Source of the DNA: a bacterium HR29
GTDB taxonomy: Bacteria; Chloroflexota; Dehalococcoidia; Tepidiformales; Tepidiformaceae
Assembly: GCA_002898215.1 (NCBI GenBank)
Contig: BEIF01000001.1
Location: forward strand, 841,602-905,601
DNA: 64,000 nucleotides
Direction: 5' to 3'
Shown: positions 45,405 through 53,924 of the stretch, in pieces
How the letters are laid out: each line of letters starts with the position of its first letter
Position numbering within the stretch: the first letter of the stretch is position 1
The notes under the pieces: model-generated
What the model was told of the DNA's origin: nothing
Seen by the model: the letters and a program-made list of their open reading frames with translations, nothing else
Databases searched by the model: none
Made by a program: the position numbers and the translations under genes

Positions 45405-45676
45405 GGCCCCCGCCCCGTACGGCTGATGATGCGGGCGAAGGTGACGAGGCCGGCTAGGCTCGCGGCGGCTGCGAAGCTCGCGGCGAGGCCGCCCCCGCCG
45501 GTGAAGCCGGCGAAGGGAACGATGAGCCCTCCGGTGACGCCCGCGAGGGCCGCCAGCGGAAGCGTCGCGAGGCCGGCGTTCCCGCGCGTCGCCACCGAGC
45601 CAGCAAGCCAGGCGAGCAGCCCGCAGGCGAGCCAGCCGAGCACGAAGAGCCCGACGAACACGGCATCGAAGAGCAC
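45401..45676 (-). CDS. GlsB/YeaQ/YmgE (transglycosylase-associated) family small membrane protein
   Basis: Three Gly/Ala-rich TM helices. GTG 45676 lies just after the rseP stop. The longer track ORF would overlap rseP. Confidence 0.55.
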   Translation of the reverse strand: MLFDAVFVGLFVLGWLACGLLAWLAGSVATRGNAGLATLPLAALAGVTGGLIVPFAGFTGGGGLAASFAAAASLAGLVTFARIISRTGRGP

Positions 45677-45686
45677 GGGGAAGCCC

Positions 45687-46883
45687 TCAGGTGACGAGCC
45701 GGGCGATATCGAAGTACGTGACGATGGCCACAAGGCTCAGCAGCGCGGCCATACCGGCGAAGTGGATGAGCCCCTCCACTTCCGGCGAGAGTCGTTTCCC
45801 TCCCCGCAGCACTTCGATGCCCAACATGAGCACCCTCCCTCCGTCGAGCCCGGGCCAGGGTAGGAAGTTGAACACGGCCAAGCTGAGGCTGAGCAGGGCG
45901 GCAAGCTCGATGAGCGCGCGCCAACCAGCCTCGCTCACCACCTGGCTGGTGGTGTCGGCGATGCCCACGGGACCAGTGAACACCGGCTGGTCGTCGGTCG
46001 CGGCGCCTCCACCACCGCCGATTCGCACGCGCACCTCGTTGATGGAAAGCTGCACCGTTTCGAGCAGGGAGCGCATACCCCTCGGGACCGCCTCCCACGG
46101 CGGATAGGCAACCCGCTCGGTGAAGGGGTAGATGAGCTGGCAGTTGGCCGGGTTGCCCTGGTCGTCGACGTCGGAGCAGACGGTGGGCGGCCCCACGGTG
46201 ATCCCGGTGGGCCCTTGCCCTGCCGGCGGGTGCCAACGGGCGTAGACGTACGCCTTCAGGACCGCTCCGCCACGCTTGATCACCCACTCCTGCGTTTTCC
46301 CCAGGTGCAGGCGGCTGGCGTAGATGAGTTCGTTGACGTTGGCGACCTCGCGGCCCTCGACTTCGAGCACGATGTCGCCCGGCTGCAATCCTTGCATCGG
46401 GGGGCTTCCGTCGGGCATTTCGCCCACGATGCGCGCCTCGGCAGCGGGCGACCCCGGAGCGACCGACGTCACCTGGGCGAGCGAAAGGGACCGCTCCCGC
46501 GGGACCATGAAGCTGACGCTCATCAGCACGACCGCGAGGAGCGCGTTCATCCATACCCCCGCCGAGAGCACGACGAACCGCTTCCACCTCGCTGCGGCGG
46601 CGAGCGAGCGCGGGTCGGAGGGATCTTCCTCCCCCAGGAGCCGGACGAATCCGCCGAGGGGAAGCCAATTCACCGTGTACTCCGTTTCCCCCCGACGCCA
46701 CGCGAGCCCCTTGATCCGGGGCGGGAAGCCGATGGCGAACTCCAGGACTTTGATCCCGAAGGCCTTCGCCGCCAGGAAGTGGCCGAGCTCGTGGATCACG
46801 ACAAGCGGCACGAGCACCAGCACGAAAAGCCCCGCCGCCCGGAGGATGCCGAACACGTCTGCCCCGGCGAACTCCATTACCAC
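45687..46883 (-). CDS. rseP: Site-2 (M50) zinc metalloprotease RseP with PDZ domain
   Basis: HELGHFLAAK (HExxH), a PDZ region (GLQPGDIVLEVEG), and the C-terminal NFLPWPGLDGG motif. Classical position after dxr. Confidence 0.9.
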   Translation of the reverse strand: MVMEFAGADVFGILRAAGLFVLVLVPLVVIHELGHFLAAKAFGIKVLEFAIGFPPRIKGLAWRRGETEYTVNWLPLGGFVRLLGEEDPSDPRSLAAAARWKRFVVLSAGVWMNALLAVVLMSVSFMVPRERSLSLAQVTSVAPGSPAAEARIVGEMPDGSPPMQGLQPGDIVLEVEGREVANVNELIYASRLHLGKTQEWVIKRGGAVLKAYVYARWHPPAGQGPTGITVGPPTVCSDVDDQGNPANCQLIYPFTERVAYPPWEAVPRGMRSLLETVQLSINEVRVRIGGGGGAATDDQPVFTGPVGIADTTSQVVSEAGWRALIELAALLSLSLAVFNFLPWPGLDGGRVLMLGIEVLRGGKRLSPEVEGLIHFAGMAALLSLVAIVTYFDIARLVT

Positions 46884-48067
46884 GCTCCTGCCGGGACCGC
46901 GCCCGCGACCTGGCGCGCCCAGGCGTCGGCGGCGAGCACCTCTTCGAGGGAAGGGTCCGGAATGGGCTCGTGGCGCTCCAGTGCGCGTTCGATGACCGCG
47001 GGGATGTCGAGGAAGCCCAGCTCTCCGGCGAGGAAACGGGCAACCGCCACCTCGTCGGCCGCGGCCATGACAGCAGGGTACGTCCCGCCAAGCCGTCCCG
47101 CCTCCATCGCCAGCCGCAGACAGGGAAACCGGTCGAAGTCCGGTTTCCCGAAGGTGAGCTGGCCGTACGCGGCGAGGTCGAGGAGCGGCGCCACCGGTTC
47201 GGGCAGCCGCTTCGGATAGGCGAGCGCGCAGAGGATCGGCAGCCGCATGTCCGGCACACCGAGCTGGGCCTTCACGCTGCCATCGCTGAACTCGACGAGC
47301 GAGTGGATGACCGATTCACGGTGGATAACCACCTCCACGCGCTCCATCGGGACGCCGAAGAGCCATGCCGCCTCGATGGTCTCCATCCCCTTGTTCATCA
47401 GGGTGGCGCTGTCGACCGTGATCTTCGGGCCCATCCGCCAGGTCGGGTGATCGAGCGCCTCTTCGGGAGAGACCCGCGCCAGCTCGTCGAGGGTCCGGTC
47501 CCGGAACGCGCCGCCGCTCGCCGTCAGGATAATCCGCCGAATCGCGTGCCCTTCCTCTCCCCAGAGGCTCTGCCAAATGGCGGAGTGCTCGGAGTCGATG
47601 GGCCGGAGCTCCCCACCCGAGCGCTCCAGTTCGCGCCTCACGAGGTGACCGGCCATCACGAGAACCTCTTTGTTCGCGAGCGCCACCGCCTTGCGCGCGC
47701 GGAGCGCCGCCAGCGTCGGCAGAAGCCCGGCCGCGCCCACGGTCGCGACCACAACCAGGTCGACGTCCGGATGCGCTGCGATCTCCTCCGCCGGCAGCCA
47801 GACGGCCCCGACGCTCCGGACTGCGTCCTCGAGCACCGGCGTCCGCTCGAGGGCATCGACGAACCGGGGCCGCACCTCCACCACCTGAGCGGCGAGAAGA
47901 TCCGCGTTCCGTCCGGCGCTCAGGGCGACGACCTCGAACTCCCGTCGGTACTTGGAGACGACGTCGAGCGTCTGCCTGCCGATGGATCCGGTCGAACCGA
48001 GAATCGCTAGACGCGTGCGGCGCTCTTCCACGGGTCCATCGTACCGGAGGAAGGCACGGCGACACAT
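46877..48067 (-). CDS. dxr: 1-deoxy-D-xylulose 5-phosphate reductoisomerase
   Basis: LAILGSTGSIGRQTLDV, LANKE, DSEHSAI, NKGMETIEA motifs. The start is uncertain: ATG 48067, or GTG 48031, which gives the usual short N-terminus. Confidence 0.9.
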   Translation of the reverse strand: MCRRAFLRYDGPVEERRTRLAILGSTGSIGRQTLDVVSKYRREFEVVALSAGRNADLLAAQVVEVRPRFVDALERTPVLEDAVRSVGAVWLPAEEIAAHPDVDLVVVATVGAAGLLPTLAALRARKAVALANKEVLVMAGHLVRRELERSGGELRPIDSEHSAIWQSLWGEEGHAIRRIILTASGGAFRDRTLDELARVSPEEALDHPTWRMGPKITVDSATLMNKGMETIEAAWLFGVPMERVEVVIHRESVIHSLVEFSDGSVKAQLGVPDMRLPILCALAYPKRLPEPVAPLLDLAAYGQLTFGKPDFDRFPCLRLAMEAGRLGGTYPAVMAAADEVAVARFLAGELGFLDIPAVIERALERHEPIPDPSLEEVLAADAWARQVAGAVPAGAW

Positions 48068-48187
48068 CGGAGCGGAAACCTGCCGGCAACCCGGCACCTC
48101 GATTCGCCCCGCTGGCTCGGTCGCGAAGGGCCGGCGCGAGCCGAGCCCCGTACAGCCCATGCTGCGCCAGCGGTACACTGGCGGTGC

Positions 48188-48264
48188 GGGCGATTAGCTC
48201 AGATGGTCAGAGCACCTCGCTTACAACGAGGGGGTCGGAGGTTCGAGTCCTCCATCGCCCACCA
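48188..48264 (+). tRNA. tRNA-Val (TAC), CCA encoded
   Basis: Cloverleaf: gggcgat/atcgccc acceptor, anticodon stem cctcg/cgagg with loop ctTACaa, T loop ttcgagt. -10-like TACACT at 48174-48179. Confidence 0.92.
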
Positions 48265-48955
48265 GGGCGTCCACGAAGACGGTGACGTAGAGCCAGGTCT
48301 TGCCGACGCGGAGCACGGCCACGCCGACGTACCGGAAGGCTGGCTCCAGGATGTTCGCCCGGTGCCCGGCACTGGCCATGAGCCCCTCGAAGGCCACCGC
48401 CACCGTTCGGTCGGCCGGGAAGTTGTTTCGAGCCAGGTTTTCCCCTGCGAGCCGGTAGACGATCCCGCGAGCCTGAAGCTCCGTGAAGGCGCTCGCCCCG
48501 TCGGGCCCGACGTGGGCGAAGTAGTTCCGCCGCGCGAGGTCTTCGGCTCGCGTCCGAGCAACGGCATCGAGGCGCGAGTCGCGGATGAGCGAGGGCAACC
48601 CCATCGAGGCGCGGGCATCGTTCATCCGCGCGAGGAGCTCGTCGGCGAGGAGAGCCGCGGGCTCGCCGGGTGCCGAAACATCGACGCCGCTTGGTAGCCG
48701 GCCCACCGGCGCTGGCGTCGCGGACGCAGCCGCGGCAGGGGGCGACGATGGTGGAACTTCGGTAGCGGTTCGGGAAATGGAAGCCGTAGGGCTCGGCCCA
48801 GGCTGAACGGGGGTCGACGCTTCGATCGGAGGGTCGGCGTGGGAGACCTTTACGGCGGGCCCAGGCCCGGCGTCGTGATAGGCCAGCAGCCCGCCCCATA
48901 CGCTGCACGCCGCCGCCGCTGACAACACGAAGGGGAACCGCACCAGCGTCCGCAC
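48221..48955 (-). CDS. Secreted CAP/SCP (YkwD-like) domain protein with Pro/Ser/Ala-rich linker
   Basis: GTG 48955 gives a signal-like N-terminus (RTLVRFPFVLSAAAACSVWGG). The C-terminal domain LDAVARTRAEDLARRNYFAHVGPDG..GENLA..HRANIL is the CAP signature. The last 44 nt run antisense into tRNA-Val. Confidence 0.7.
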   Translation of the reverse strand: MRTLVRFPFVLSAAAACSVWGGLLAYHDAGPGPAVKVSHADPPIEASTPVQPGPSPTASISRTATEVPPSSPPAAAASATPAPVGRLPSGVDVSAPGEPAALLADELLARMNDARASMGLPSLIRDSRLDAVARTRAEDLARRNYFAHVGPDGASAFTELQARGIVYRLAGENLARNNFPADRTVAVAFEGLMASAGHRANILEPAFRYVGVAVLRVGKTWLYVTVFVDALVGDGGLEPPTPSL

Positions 48956-49026
48956 GTCGTGGGCATCGGCAGCGCGGCGGCGAGGTGCATCGGCGGTTTC
49001 CCCGAACCGGCAAGGGAAGGAAGCGC

Positions 49027-49779
49027 ATGGTCTCGACCCGTCGGCTGGCAGGCGATGGGCTGCCGAGTTTGGTGGGCGCGCCGGTGGCCGTGGTGGCACC
49101 GGACCTGCCCCGGGCGAACCTTCGCGCGCGCGAACTGGAGCAGTTCGGGTACGCGGTTCACGCCGTCGACGCGAGCGCCCCGCTCGAGGGCGAGCCCTGT
49201 CACTGGGACGCCCTCGCGGGAGTCGTGATCGAGGGGAACGGGGCACGCATCCTCCCCCAGAAGCTGGCCGAGGCCGTCCGGCAGCGTACCGAGGCGCCCA
49301 TCCTCGTGGTCGGCAGCAGCGGCACGCTCGAAGAGATGGCCGCCTGCATCGAAGCGGGCGCCGACGACTACTGCCGTCCCGGCACACCGGCAGCGGAAAT
49401 CGACCTCCGGCTGCGAGCCATCGCCCGCCGCGCCGCCCGCTTCTCCGCGCCACGCCCCGCCGATGACCGCCTCCAGATCGGCGACCTGGAGATCGATTTC
49501 GGAACGCAGACGGTCCGGAAGCGAGGTGAGGTAATCCCCCTCTCGCCGACGGAGTTCCGCCTGCTGGCAACCTTGGCGGAGCGAGCCGGCCACGTGGTAC
49601 CAGCCCGCGCCCTCGTGGCCAGGGTGTGGGGTACCCAGTACGCCGACGAAACCCACTACCTGCGGCTCTACATCCGCTACCTCCGGCAGAAGCTGGAGGA
49701 CGACCCCAGCCGCCCGCGGTACATAGTCAACCGATGGGGCGCGGGGTACGCGCTCGAGGTTCCGCCCCGCGCAGCCTGA
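49027..49779 (+). CDS. OmpR/KdpE-like winged-helix response regulator with atypical, probably non-phosphorylatable receiver
   Basis: GGAAGGAAG SD before ATG 49027. The C-terminal LSPTEFRLLATLA..YLRLYIRYLRQKLEDDP..GYAL is a Trans_reg_C domain. In the receiver, the acidic pair is PD, the phospho-Asp position is Glu (GVVIEGNG), and the Lys position is Arg. Confidence 0.75.
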   Translation: MVSTRRLAGDGLPSLVGAPVAVVAPDLPRANLRARELEQFGYAVHAVDASAPLEGEPCHWDALAGVVIEGNGARILPQKLAEAVRQRTEAPILVVGSSGTLEEMAACIEAGADDYCRPGTPAAEIDLRLRAIARRAARFSAPRPADDRLQIGDLEIDFGTQTVRKRGEVIPLSPTEFRLLATLAERAGHVVPARALVARVWGTQYADETHYLRLYIRYLRQKLEDDPSRPRYIVNRWGAGYALEVPPRAA

Positions 49780-49834
49780 GGCGACTCGTGCGTGGTAGCA
49801 TCCGGGCACACTCACCTCACACAGGAGGTCCCCG

Positions 49835-50359
49835 GTGCTCGACGCGAAGCAGATCCTCCTGGACGGCCTGCGGGACATGCACGCGCTGCTCGACAAGGCC
49901 GTGGCCGACATGACAGTGGAGCAGCTCAACTGGCGCCCCGAGCGAGGCCTGTCGGCCTTCTTCAGCCTCTGGCACTACGTTCGCACCGAAGACAACATCG
50001 TGAACTTCGTCGCGCAGGGGCGGAACACGGTGTGGCTCGAGGGCGGCTACGACCAGCGCCTCGGCCTCCCCCGCACGAGCCAAGGCACCGGCATGACGCC
50101 CGAAGAGGCTGCGGCCGTCGTGCTCCGGGACCTCGATGCATGGCGTGCCTACCAGCGGGCAACGTGGGAGGCGACCCACGCCTTCGTGGCCGGGCTCGAT
50201 GCAGCGGAGCTCGAATCACGCGCCGTGACGATCAAGCCGCTGGGAGCGATGCCGCTCTGGAACGCGTTGTGGGGCGTCTGCCTCTCCCACGGCTACCGGC
50301 ACGTGGGCGAGATCGAGTACGTCCGCGGGCTGCTCGGCCTCGGCGGCCTCACCATCTGA
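49835..50359 (+). CDS. DinB-family (DinB_2) four-helix-bundle protein
   Basis: AGGAGG SD and a GTG start. LLDKAVADMTVEQLNWRP..SLWHYVRTED..HGYRHVGEIEY gives the DinB His triad pattern. Confidence 0.7.
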   Translation: MLDAKQILLDGLRDMHALLDKAVADMTVEQLNWRPERGLSAFFSLWHYVRTEDNIVNFVAQGRNTVWLEGGYDQRLGLPRTSQGTGMTPEEAAAVVLRDLDAWRAYQRATWEATHAFVAGLDAAELESRAVTIKPLGAMPLWNALWGVCLSHGYRHVGEIEYVRGLLGLGGLTI

Positions 50360-50424
50360 CGACTGCCTGCAGGCACCCTACTCCTCCCGTACGCTGGAGG
50401 GGAAACTGGCGGGAGGGCCGTCGC

Positions 50425-50880
50425 ATGGAGATGCCGAGCAAAGAGTCCATCGAGAAGATGTGGCGGTACGCCGAAAAGTACGCCGAGAAATCGGGGACGG
50501 TGTTCCACCCCGACCGTTCGGTGACCGAGGCGGTGATCCTCGGGCTCGCCCGCCACGTCGACCAGTACGGCCGGCCGCTTTGCCCTTGCAACTTCTACCC
50601 GGAGAAGAACCCCGACGGCACGTGGCCTGAAGGCCTCTACCTTCCGAAGGAAGAGGAGGTGAAGCGCCGGACGTGGATCTGCGCCTGCGATGAGATGCAA
50701 ATCTACAAATACTGTCACTGCCTCCTCTTCGTAACCCCCGAGGGTCTGCCCATCACCGAGTACCTGCCGGAAGACCACGAAGGCCGGCAGATTTACGGCC
50801 TCGTCAAAGACCCCACCCCGGGCAAAGGGCGTGCTTTGGCGAAAGCGCTGGAGAAGCAGCGCGCCACGGAGCGGCCTTAG
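50425..50880 (+). CDS. Ferredoxin:thioredoxin reductase catalytic (beta) subunit-like protein
   Basis: CPC..(x)..C.C..(x)..CHC cysteine pattern (LCPCNFYP, WICACDEMQIYKYCHCLLF), diagnostic of FTRc. Confidence 0.8.
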   Translation: MEMPSKESIEKMWRYAEKYAEKSGTVFHPDRSVTEAVILGLARHVDQYGRPLCPCNFYPEKNPDGTWPEGLYLPKEEEVKRRTWICACDEMQIYKYCHCLLFVTPEGLPITEYLPEDHEGRQIYGLVKDPTPGKGRALAKALEKQRATERP

Positions 50881-52332
50881 CTAGCGCCCGAACGTGAAAC
50901 GCACCACCGGCCCGGTGAGCTCGCCGGCCCGGGAGGCCGAGACCGCTCCCACATCCTCGTAGTACACCTCGACGAGCGCTTGCAGGCGCGTGTCGTCGAA
51001 CACGGTGAGGTTCGCCGGCGCGCCCTCGACGACGAGCGTCGCGCCCGGGGGGATCGCCGGGTAGGAGCGCCGGAGCTCCGTAACGAACTCGGCATTCTCG
51101 CGGCCCGCCTCTCGAAGCTCGAGCACGAAGTGGGCACTCACCGCCAGGGCAGCCATCGCACCCACGCCCGCCACGCCAGCCGCCAGCAATCCCCACCGCG
51201 CAGGTGGAGCGACCCTCCGTCGCGCGACTTCGGCTGCCTCCGTCGCGACTCCTGCCGCCCACAACGCGAAAGGGACGCCCGCCAGGTGCATCGTGCGACC
51301 GAAGGCGCCCATCACGAGGGTCGCGTCGGGCGCCAGCGCCAACGCGAACCAGACGAGGCACACGACGGGCGGGCTCCGGAGCCCCCACCGCCGGAGCGTC
51401 GCCGCGGCACCGACCACGAGCGCAGCGGACCCCCCCAACAGGATGGCCTCGGCAGCCGTGCGCAGCGGTCCCGAGTAGCAGCCGAGCGATGACGGGCACA
51501 CGGGCACGGCAGCCATTCCGAAGAACGCGCCGTAGTTCGCCCAGATATGCCACCCGAGGTCGAACCCCCCGGTCACAGGCCGTTCGAGCCGAACCCAAGC
51601 CTGTACCCCCGCGAGCGCGACCGCCAGGAGGGCGATCGGCAGCCAAGCCGTGGCGACTCCGGCGCGGGCGCGGGAAGCGGAAGTCCCTTGCAGCAGCCAA
51701 GCAAGGGCGGGATAGACCGGCGCGAGCGCCAGCGCTGACGGATGGAAGAGGCACGCCACGAGGAAGAGAATTACAGCTGCTGCGAGCCGCACGCCCGACC
51801 CGCGCTCGAGCCAGGCGACCCACGCCACGAGGCTTCCCAACGCCGGCAGCGTGGCCGCCACCCGATTCGAGCCGCTGATCCACGCCACTGCCTCGGCGTA
51901 GGCGGGGTGCAGGGCGAAGAGGGCTGCGGCGAGGTTCGCGGAACCGCGGGAAAGCCCCACGGAACGCCCCAGGCGGCGGACGAGGACCGCCGCCGCGAGG
52001 TGGAGGACGATGGCGGTGACATGGTATCCGGCTGCCCGTAGCCCGAACACTTCGTACTGCAACCGGAACCAGATCGGCCACAACGGACGGTAGCGGTCGA
52101 ATTCGGGGAGCGAGCCGACGTCCGTGACGTCGAAGGAGCGGCGAACGTAATCCCAGAACCCGATGCTGCGGGCGGAAGCGAGGAACCACGGGTCGTCGAA
52201 CGCGAACCAACCGTCGATGGCGAGCGCCTGAACCCCGGCCGCCGCGGCCAACGCGGCGAGGAGGAACCACGGCGAGACCAGCAGCCCGCCCGTTTGCCCC
52301 TCGGCCTCCGTGGCGGCTGCGGCGACGGCCAT
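50881..52332 (-). CDS. Polytopic membrane protein, probable GT-C fold glycosyltransferase (PMT/ArnT-like)
   Basis: About 11 TM segments. The N-terminal loop with DD (FAFDDPWF) and the FRP/HL..A pattern resemble PMT_2-type enzymes. The function call is tentative. Confidence 0.5.
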   Translation of the reverse strand: MAVAAAATEAEGQTGGLLVSPWFLLAALAAAAGVQALAIDGWFAFDDPWFLASARSIGFWDYVRRSFDVTDVGSLPEFDRYRPLWPIWFRLQYEVFGLRAAGYHVTAIVLHLAAAVLVRRLGRSVGLSRGSANLAAALFALHPAYAEAVAWISGSNRVAATLPALGSLVAWVAWLERGSGVRLAAAVILFLVACLFHPSALALAPVYPALAWLLQGTSASRARAGVATAWLPIALLAVALAGVQAWVRLERPVTGGFDLGWHIWANYGAFFGMAAVPVCPSSLGCYSGPLRTAAEAILLGGSAALVVGAAATLRRWGLRSPPVVCLVWFALALAPDATLVMGAFGRTMHLAGVPFALWAAGVATEAAEVARRRVAPPARWGLLAAGVAGVGAMAALAVSAHFVLELREAGRENAEFVTELRRSYPAIPPGATLVVEGAPANLTVFDDTRLQALVEVYYEDVGAVSASRAGELTGPVVRFTFGR

Positions 52333-52377
52333 CCTCGACGCCTCCCGGTGCGGCGGTGTGAACTCGAGACGCCGCGC

Positions 52378-53649
52378 TCAGCTCGCCGCGGCTGCCCGGG
52401 CTGCCTCCACAACCTTCTCCGCCGCCTCGCCGAGTTCGGCGGCACGGATGACGGAGATTCCCGCCTCGCGAAGGAGCGCCTCGCCCTCGGCGAGGTTCGT
52501 CCCCACCAGCCGCATGACGATGGGGACGCGAATCTCCATCTGTCGGAACGCCTCGATGACGCCCTGGGCGATGATGTCGACCCTGGCCATCCCCCCGAAG
52601 ATGTTGATGAGGATGGCCTTCACCGACGGGTCCTCGAGGATGACCCGAATGGCGTTCACCACGCGCTGCGCGTCGTTGACGGTGCCGATGTCGAGGAAGT
52701 TCGCCGGCTCCCCGCCCGCGAGCTTGATGACATCCATCGTCGCCATGGCCAGGCCGGCGCCGTTCACGATGCAGCCGATGTTGCCTTCCAGCTTGATGTA
52801 GTTCGCGATGCCGAGCTCCTGGGCACGCACCTCGAGCGGGTCCTCCTGCTCCCGGTCGCGCAGTGCTGCCAGGTCCTGTCGCCGGAAGAGGGCGTTATCG
52901 TCGAGGTTGAATTTCGCGTCGAGGGCGAGGAGCCGGCCGTCGGCGGTCACGACCAGGGGGTTGACCTCCACCAGGCTCGCATCGTTGTCGACGGCGCAGC
53001 GATAGAGGCCCTCGGCGAGCTTCGCGAGCTGCGCGGAAAGGTCGGGGTCGGCGAAGCCTAGCCGTGCGGCAAGGACGCGGCCGATGTACGGCTGGTAGCC
53101 CGCAGCTGGGTTCACCGGAAGCCGGACGATCGCATCCGGATTCCGCCGGGCCACCACCTCGATCTCCTGCCCGCCCTCGCTCGACGCGAGGATGAGCGGA
53201 GAGGCCGTCGCCCCGTCAACGATGATGGAGAAGTAGTATTCGCGCACGACGGACGATTGCTCCTCCACGAGGACGCGGCGGACCGGCTTCCCTTCCGGAC
53301 CTGTCTGGATGGAGACGAGGACTTTACCGAGGATGTTCGCCGCTTCCCGTTCGGCCTCTTCGGGCGAATCGACCAGACGAACACCGCCGACGCGGGGACC
53401 CCGTACCTGGCCTTCATGAGCGGCCGGGTCGCTGAGGAGGCTGCGGTACATCGCGGGCGCCTCTTCGGGCGCCACGATGCGGCCCTTGCCGCGCCCCCCG
53501 GCATGGATTTGGGCCTTGATGACCGCTTTGCCGCCCAACTCCTGCGCGATGGCACGGGCCTCTGCCGGCGTGGCAGCGACACGGCCGCGGGGCACGGGCA
53601 CGCCGTAGCGCGCGAACAGCTCTTTCGCCTGGTACTCGTGGATCTTCAC
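52378..53649 (-). CDS. sucC: Succinate--CoA ligase beta-subunit family protein (divergent, with insertion)
   Basis: MKIHEYQAKELFARYGVP, HAGGRGKG, NIGCIVNGAGLAMATMD, and INIFGG motifs. It is 423 aa versus the usual ~390. Confidence 0.8.
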   Translation of the reverse strand: MKIHEYQAKELFARYGVPVPRGRVAATPAEARAIAQELGGKAVIKAQIHAGGRGKGRIVAPEEAPAMYRSLLSDPAAHEGQVRGPRVGGVRLVDSPEEAEREAANILGKVLVSIQTGPEGKPVRRVLVEEQSSVVREYYFSIIVDGATASPLILASSEGGQEIEVVARRNPDAIVRLPVNPAAGYQPYIGRVLAARLGFADPDLSAQLAKLAEGLYRCAVDNDASLVEVNPLVVTADGRLLALDAKFNLDDNALFRRQDLAALRDREQEDPLEVRAQELGIANYIKLEGNIGCIVNGAGLAMATMDVIKLAGGEPANFLDIGTVNDAQRVVNAIRVILEDPSVKAILINIFGGMARVDIIAQGVIEAFRQMEIRVPIVMRLVGTNLAEGEALLREAGISVIRAAELGEAAEKVVEAARAAAAS

Positions 53650-53732
53650 ACGCGACTCCAGAGGGGAACTGGGACTGAGGGAAGCCTACCAGCGCCGCGC
53701 CCTAGGTTGAACCACCGCGAAGCTCCCTTCGG

Positions 53733-53817
53733 CGGAGAGGGTGGGATTCGAACCCACGGAGGCGAACGCCTCGGCCGTTTTCAAGACGGCTCCCTTCAAC
53801 CACTCGGGCACCTCTCC
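53733..53817 (-). tRNA. tRNA-Ser (TGA), long variable arm, CCA not encoded
   Basis: Cloverleaf on the minus strand: ggagagg/cctctcc acceptor, anticodon stem gccgt/acggc with loop ctTGAaa, variable arm gaggcgttcgcctc, T loop ttcgaat. -10 TACAAT (53830-53825) lies 7 nt before the mature 5' end. Confidence 0.9.
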
Positions 53818-53842
53818 GAGAGCCATTGTACGGCCCCGCGCC

Positions 53843-53869
53843 TTAGCACTCTTGACGTTTGAGTGCTAA
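53843..53869. promoter_or_regulatory. CIRCE element (HrcA operator): TTAGCACTC-N9-GAGTGCTAA, a perfect match to the consensus
   Basis: Read directly: ttagcactc ttgacgttt gagtgctaa. All 18 specified positions match the established CIRCE consensus. The element is AT-rich in a ~70% GC context. Confidence 0.85.
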
Positions 53870-53924
53870 CGCCGGAAGAATGGAGCCGACGCACGGATTG
53901 CACAGCCCAGCGGGGGAGAAGACG

